Part shown: positions 17,701-20,000 of the stretch, piece after piece
How the letters are laid out: each line of letters begins with the position of its first letter
Numbering within the stretch: position 1 is the first letter of the stretch
IMG/VR virus record: IMGVR_UViG_3300042503_001397
Direction: 5' to 3' (one strand)
Length of the DNA stretch: 20,000 nucleotides
From: an uncultured virus (IMG/VR IMGVR_UViG_3300042503_001397)
Taxonomy: Duplodnaviria; Heunggongvirae; Uroviricota; Caudoviricetes
Program-made: the position numbers and the translations under genes
Notes under the pieces: generated by a model
What the model saw: the letters and a program-made list of their open reading frames with translations, nothing else
Databases searched by the model: none
Told to the model about the DNA's origin: nothing

Positions 17701-18867
17701 TACCAATGCATCCGGAGTTAATGCTGAACGTGGTATATCGAATAATCTTGCACCACTACCAGAATAAACACCACCAACACCCAATTGAATATTACCAGTA
17801 ACAAACATGCTACCAGTTATCTGAGAACCAACCGTAGCAGATTCTACTCTAAATCCAAAATTAGGTGATACCGATGCCGTTACACTACCACTTGCTATTA
17901 AAGTTGCATCCTCTGCTAAAGCTGATTGTGGAATATCAAATAATCCCTTACCACTACCACTAAACATTGATGCGGATACTGGAAATTGGAATGTTGAGAA
18001 TGTATTTACAACCAATCCAGTGTTTGGTGCGATAGATGCAGTTGCAGAACCACTTGCTATTAATGTTGCTGTTAAAGCTGGTAAATTAAATAATCCTCTA
18101 CCATCTCCAATAAATAACGATGCTGATATACTACCACTAATATCCACACTACCAGTAAATTCAGAACCACTTAATGCCGATTCAACTTTAAATCCATATG
18201 TAGGGTCTACGGAAGCAGTTACACTACCACTAGCTATTCTAAATGAATCACCACTAAATGCAGAACGAGGAATGTTAAACAATCCAGCACCATCTCCAGT
18301 AAATGCACCAGATACAGAACCTGTTATTTCTTGGGCTTTAAGAGAACCAGTTATTATAACACTACCACTAATATTAAGTGAACCAGTTATTTGTTGTATA
18401 TCTAATATATCATCTCCAAACTTATTTGAACCCGATGAATATATTACAGATGATGAAATATAAGATACTACTAATTGTTCTGCAAATATAGAATCTCTTA
18501 CAATTAAATTTCCTTGAACTGTTGTATTTGTATTTACAACTAAATTGCCTCCTATAAAAGATGCAGTTGCTGAACCACTAGCTATTCTAATTGCTGCAGG
18601 TAGATTTGTTAAGTTACTACCATCCCCTTGAAATGAACCAGAAAAAGAACCTGAAATTTGGTCTAAACTAATTGTTCTTGCAAATCCTCTATTACCTTCA
18701 CTATCCGAAACTACAATAGCAGGATTCGTTAATAATGATGCAGAAAAGCTAGGAACACCCAAATTCGGCTCTGCTTGAGATAAATCCAAGAATTGATACC
18801 TGTCAGATGTTACATTTTTCGGGCTTACAACCCTTACCCTGCCCGTTAATAGATTACTTATTGCCAT
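8758..18867 (-). CDS. Giant repetitive tail fibre / virion structural protein, 3369 aa, with cupredoxin-like domains and a collagen-like tract
   Basis: ORF track; N-terminal LLTGRVRVV...DRYQFLDLSQAEPNLG; ~22 shaft repeats; two GHPF...YYxCQxHxSMAG domains; IVHNLGIKYPMVQVY domain; TASYA repeats; Gly-X-Y tract; C-terminal ITWPASVDWVGGSAPILT...TDVLVFYTYNGGTSYYG domain of the kind seen at phage fibre tips. Confidence 0.9.
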   Translation of the reverse strand: MAISNLLTGRVRVVSPKNVTSDRYQFLDLSQAEPNLGVPSFSASLLTNPAIVVSDSEGNRGFARTISLDQISGSFSGSFQGDGSNLTNLPAAIRIASGSATASFIGGNLVVNTNTTVQGNLIVRDSIFAEQLVVSYISSSVIYSSGSNKFGDDILDIQQITGSLNISGSVIITGSLKAQEITGSVSGAFTGDGAGLFNIPRSAFSGDSFRIASGSVTASVDPTYGFKVESALSGSEFTGSVDISGSISASLFIGDGRGLFNLPALTATLIASGSATASIAPNTGLVVNTFSTFQFPVSASMFSGSGKGLFDIPQSALAEDATLIASGSVTASVSPNFGFRVESATVGSQITGSMFVTGNIQLGVGGVYSGSGARLFDIPRSALTPDALVATLIASGSVTASTSPDFGFKVISAQSGSSFTGSLFVSGGIEINSGSSYSGSGARLFDIPVRALRDLDLSKISSGSATASISPDKGLVVNTFSTFSGSMLISASKQYFPSESIQTVFNVTNNDNLNYNFTGAAIGSNPTLTLVRGITYIFNLNVSGHPFQIKTINTTGTNDLYNTGVTNNGGQVGTLIFAVPSNAPDRLYYICQFHASMAGTINIVDGLLQKGDGVTITGSLDVSDIIRAREFTGSFSGSFFQGDGGGLFNIPRAAFTGDSPRIASGSVTASVSPDDGFLVKSVESGSTFSGSVDISGSLIIFGNLIGQEISGSSFSGSFQGDGSRLTNINVPPQVATKIVSGSVTASVSPDSGFVVVSSDKGSQFTGSIFLSGSIFGNSSIEISSGSFSGSGARLFDIPRAALTPDALLSTEIKSGSVTASVSPEFGFKVLSAESGSQFTGSLFVSGNISLASGSSYSGSGKNLFDIPLSALANLDLSKIFSGSATASISPDRGFEVFASVSNFSGSVSASVFSGSGKGLTDIPFSALSEELKRIASGSVTASVSPDDGFRVISAESGSQFTGSLFVTGGYIRVETGSFFSGSGAGLKDIPRNALTEDALISTEIKSGSVTASVSPDFGFRVISAESGSQFTGSLFVTGGYIRVETGSFFSGSGAGLSDIPESALSFKINRIASGSVTASISPDYGLRVNTFSTISGSFIVSSSARELAYSDIDTVFNVTNAGSSAYNISNRLVSGSNPTLTLVRNVNYTFNVNASGHPFWIKDTNSTGTANSYDTWVTNNGDDVGVITFLVSGSAPNTLYYNCQLHGSMAGTINVVDALYVPAEIKLIGDTKVIGVVTASVFSGSGKGLFDIPFSNITGDAVRIATGSITASVSPQKGFFVESVESGSSFSGSILIDSSSFIYSEGTYLRNIPRSALTEDALASSEIKSGSVTASVSPVFGFIVKTPFTSSVSESFFVTQIASQFTGSISVSGSLFVNDTSGGLFIDSSSFIFADGTYLRNIPRSALTEDALLSSFIVSGSVTASVSPDFGFKVIATNIFSGSEFGSQFTGSVDVSGSVRAFRFIGDGSQITNVQAAASPLIASGSATASVASGDTFVVTTGATGSGLNYQIGTRITGSVDVSGSLKAQFILGDGRFITNVQAAAAPFIGSGSATASVQSGDSFVVTTGATGSAIGSRFTGSIDVSGSVRAFSFIGDGSQLTNVQASAAPLIASGSATASVQSGIQFVVTTNGVFSSVGSNSGSYYGSIFTGSVSISGSISSSRFEGDGGGLFNIPASALEDLQLSIIQSGSGRAIVDPEKLDVNVPITAALFIGDGGGLFNIPANALQDLKLDRVISGSVEGVISPNKGFEVNTSVRIFSGSLTVSGSVFVSGGNVIAASGSSFIGDGSGLRNINIANLAFETSLLQSGSVTAQISPNLGLVVNTSASIQGDLNVLNKILVNNITASNVIKSQLFTGSFLGTYNFQGVGATASAEYDILRFNPTQGYFIPQPETSLTETVAFNNVSNLTIVHNLGIKYPMVQVYATGSEDQILPGTIKSIDDDTIQIVFSGLTSGHVVIGSGGSLINGTINGDRVFGEVYSASYARRAALADAVTGFDSASLVALSASLSNANAYVRNDQTASMAVLNSKFAETASYVADLSNLNLTDYVRNSRTSSMTVGTASLAITASYALFAQNASNVDTANFIQNFQTASMRVGTASLAIFAFTASYALNAAGSDTSSFLQINTDQTFRASLVVSASLGVSGSVFFGNLPSASYEQVVIWDTVTKKLGYRNIAAAVGSSGTSGTSGISGTDGTSGTSGTSGTSGTSGTSGTSGVDGTSGTSGTSGTSGTSGTSGTSGLDGTSGTSGTSGTSGTSGTSGTSGTSGTSGTSGTSGTSGTSGTSGTSGTSGTSGTSGTSGTSGTSGTSGTSGTSGTSGTSGTSGTSGTSGTNGTAGSGGSSGTSGTSGTSGTSGTSGTSGTSGTNGSAGTAGTSGTSGTSGTSGSNGSSGTSGTSGTSGTSGTSGTSGSGGDSGSSGTSGSGGSSGTSGTSGTSGSTGSDGTSGTSGTSGSAGQDGTSGTSGSSGTSGSTGSAGTSGTSGTSGTSGTSGTSGSDGTSGSSGTSGTSGTSGTSGTSGTSGSDGSSGTSGTSGSSGTSGTSGTSGTSGTSGTSGSDGSSGTSGTSGTSGTSGVGTDGTSGTSGTSGESGSSGTSGTSGTSGTNGSAGSSGTSGVGTDGTSGTSGTSGESGSSGTSGASGTSGTSGTNGSAGTSGTNGSDGTSGTSGTSGSDGTSGTSGTSGSDGTSGTSGSGGTSGTSGTSGLDGTFFGSSGTSGTSGTSGTSGTSGTSGENGSSGTSGLNGTFFGSSGTSGVSGSDGTSGTSGTSGENGSSGTSGENGSSGTSGLNGTFFGSSGTSGTSGESGSSGTSGINGTDGTSGTSGTSGLNGTFFGSSGTSGINGTDGTSGTSGTSGTSGINGTDGTSGTSGLNGTMFGSSGTSGISGTSGTSGESGSSGTSGTSGTSGLNGTMFGSSGTSGFDGTSGTSGAGTSGTSGESGSSGTSGLNGTMFGSSGTSGESGSSGTSGLNGTDGSSGTSGTSGTSGTSGLNGTFFGSSGTSGTSGVSGSSGTSGTSGTSGSAGTSGLNGTMFGSSGTSGTSGTSGVSGTSGTSGISGTAGTSGLNGTMFGSSGTSGTSGTSGVSGSAGTSGTSGTSGTSGLNGTMFGSSGTSGISGTAGTSGTSGLGTSGTSGTSGTSGVNGTFFGSSGTSGINGETGASGSSGTSGTNAPGFSSGTSGSGGANGTSGLNGTFFGSSGTSGANGTSGTNSPAFSSGTSGTNGFSLVGTTNDGLLTYTNAPVGATVESNITFDGTNLAVVGNVISTTYRETFNDLGTGGSATLDLSTANNFRRQFNGTATITITNAPNSPIGFGFTLVTVNAGAYAITWPASVDWVGGSAPILTSSGTDVLVFYTYNGGTSYYGFVTGKNLS
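9208..12324 (-). repeat. Collagen-like (Gly-X-Y)n coding repeat, ~1039 aa, GTS-dominated, with periodic GT(F/M)FG interruptions
   Basis: Directly visible in the translation and as 9-nt DNA periodicity; 13 G(L/V)(N/D)GT(F/M)FGSSG units between ~9285 and ~10770. Confidence 0.95.
15217..15531 (-). other. Cupredoxin-like domain 2 within the giant fibre
   Basis: NPTLTLVRNVNYTFNVNASGHPFWIK...APNTLYYNCQLHGSMAGTINVVD; His 15397-99, Cys 15259-61, His 15250-52, Met 15241-43. Confidence 0.75.
17053..17364 (-). other. Cupredoxin-like domain 1 within the giant fibre
   Basis: NPTLTLVRGITYIFNLNVSGHPFQIK...APDRLYYICQFHASMAGTINIVD; His 17233-35, Cys 17095-97, His 17086-88, Met 17077-79. Confidence 0.75.
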
Positions 18868-18886
18868 GCGTTACTTTCCAGCTTTG

Positions 18887-18916
18887 TTATAAATATAGAG
18901 AATCCCTTATAAATAT
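18887..18916 (-). promoter_or_regulatory. Direct repeat ATATTTATAA x2 (coding strand), candidate late promoter or operator
   Basis: Plus-strand TTATAAATAT at 18887-18896 and 18907-18916 (20-bp period) within the 67-nt gap upstream of the 3369-aa gene. Confidence 0.5.
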
Positions 18917-18934
18917 CAATCAATGATATTATTG

Positions 18935-19852
18935 TTATTCATTTGCACTTTCTAACAAAGAAAGAACCACAGTCAATTGAGTTGAACCAGAAACAATAAA
19001 TCCATAAGTTTCTTCCAATACTAATTTACCAGAAACCACCGGTGAAAGTGAATCAGCTGGTGGTATTGTTACGTTAGTCACTAATCTTACAGCTTCCTGT
19101 TCAATAAATACAGGAGCTTCAATTGTTTTTTTAATTACATCTACCAAAGAATTTACAACATATATAGATGCAGAAACTCCAGCGTTTGTTCCGTTATTAA
19201 ATGATGTCAATACAGATTGAGTAACTCCACTTTGAAATAATAATGGTGAAAGTGCAGAACCAGTTACAGATTCGTTTTTTATAATTTGATTTGATAATAC
19301 TTTTAAATAATCTAAAGCAAATATAGATGCAGAATATTCAGTTGAATCAATTAAAGATACACCATTTTTATCAAAGTATGCTTTTGCTGCTTTATTTGTT
19401 CTAATTGTTGTGTTATTAACGATATCATATTTTATTGCATCCACATCATCCAAAGTATTTTGTTCAAAATAAGATGATATAAAAGTAAATGGAGTTTCTG
19501 ATAAACTATTTTGGTTTTGTGTATATGCTGCAATTTCTTTTCTTAAAAATTGTCTATTTGCATTTAATAATAAAGATGCACTAGCAAAACTGCCACTAAA
19601 ATTTAATAAATTTACAGAAGAACTTATAAATGAACTACCACTATATACATTTCCAAATTCAGGTACAGGTATTTCTTTATTTGATGTTACAAATATAGTT
19701 ACGGGTTGTGTTACCAAACTATTATTTGTAATTTGACAAGATAACACAATAGATGACACACCTGCCGGTGTTGTATAAATTTCATCGGGCTCTCCAGTCA
19801 ATCCTGTTACTACTGACTGAAACCGATTTAAGGGTACAAAAACTTCTGCCAT
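18935..19852 (-). CDS. Phage virion structural protein, 305 aa: small beta-sandwich split by a ~190-aa largely helical insertion
   Basis: ORF track; N-part PLNRFQSV...IYTTPAGVSSIVLSCQITN and C-part LVTNVTIPPADSLSPVVSGKLVLEE...LSLLESANE align by eye with the 110-aa protein; the middle reads LLLNANRQFLRKEIAAY...VDAIKYDI...AAKAYF. Confidence 0.75.
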   Translation of the reverse strand: MAEVFVPLNRFQSVVTGLTGEPDEIYTTPAGVSSIVLSCQITNNSLVTQPVTIFVTSNKEIPVPEFGNVYSGSSFISSSVNLLNFSGSFASASLLLNANRQFLRKEIAAYTQNQNSLSETPFTFISSYFEQNTLDDVDAIKYDIVNNTTIRTNKAAKAYFDKNGVSLIDSTEYSASIFALDYLKVLSNQIIKNESVTGSALSPLLFQSGVTQSVLTSFNNGTNAGVSASIYVVNSLVDVIKKTIEAPVFIEQEAVRLVTNVTIPPADSLSPVVSGKLVLEETYGFIVSGSTQLTVVLSLLESANE

Positions 19853-19876
19853 TTTTTTATTTTTTTATTTTCTTTT

Positions 19877-20000
19877 TTATATTTGTAGTGCCAATGAGAA
19901 CGGAGTTACTAATGAGAATAGAGATTTACTAAATGTTCTACCCACAAGAGTACCAGTTGCCTGATTAATACTTAATCCCGTACCAATTCTAAAGTCACCA
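19877..20000 (-). CDS. C-terminal end of a phage structural protein (5'-partial; not in the ORF track)
   Basis: Manual translation 19999->19877: GDFRIGTGLSINQATGTLVGRTFSKSLFSLVTPFSLALQI-stop(TAA). It resembles, from memory, the C-terminus of large structural proteins in T4-like cyanophages. Confidence 0.75.
   Translation of the reverse strand, partial: GDFRIGTGLSINQATGTLVGRTFSKSLFSLVTPFSLALQI

Larger units (their letters stand above)
13380..18660 (-). repeat. About 22 degenerate shaft repeats, mostly ~50-75 aa (IxSGSxTASxSPxxGFxV...FTGSx...FxGxGxxLxxIP)
   Basis: Counted 22 SGS(V/A)TAS-like anchors in the translation; most are followed by a GDG/GSG-xx-L-x-(N/D)-(I/V/L) motif. Confidence 0.9.

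Noticed and set aside
18912..18930. Inverted repeat AATATCA-N5-TGATATT as a terminator
   Set aside because: The 7-bp stem is almost all A/T with no clear U-tract, so it is too weak to call.
1..20000. Diversity-generating retroelement or shufflon acting on the fibres
   Set aside because: No reverse transcriptase or recombinase, no template/variable repeat pair differing at adenines, and no inverted cassettes seen in this window. It cannot be excluded elsewhere in the genome.
1..20000. Stop-codon reassignment (all seven visible stops are TAA)
   Set aside because: The long genes contain no in-frame TAG or TGA, so the standard code explains everything. TAA preference is expected in AT-rich DNA.

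Overview
AT-rich, densely coding stretch with every credible gene on the minus strand. It looks like the tail-fibre/virion-appendage region of a large tailed phage (jumbo or T4-like myovirus style; a Bacteroidota-type host is weakly suggested by SD-less, A-rich leaders). Gene order in the direction of transcription: (1) partial gene ending ...TPFSLALQI; (2) 305-aa beta-sandwich protein with a helical insert; (3) 3369-aa giant fibre with about 22 'SGSxTAS...GxGxxLxxIP' shaft repeats, two cupredoxin-like domains retaining His/Cys/His/Met, a 1039-aa nearly proline-free Gly-X-Y tract and a C-terminal tip domain; (4) PKD-like plus BspA-type LRR protein; (5) tail-fibre assembly chaperone; (6) 92-aa mini-fibre ending AIAFAIALG; (7) 110-aa beta-sandwich protein; (8) a second giant fibre (>2235 aa, ATG at 6707, running off the left edge and absent from the ORF track) with an uninterrupted (Gly-X-Y)158 tract followed by a mosaic of knob-like modules. 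The long plus-strand PEV/QKF ORFs are antisense shadows of the Gly-Thr-Ser repeats. I saw no RNA genes, CRISPR array, integrase or reverse transcriptase. All family assignments come from motif recognition by eye; no searches were run.
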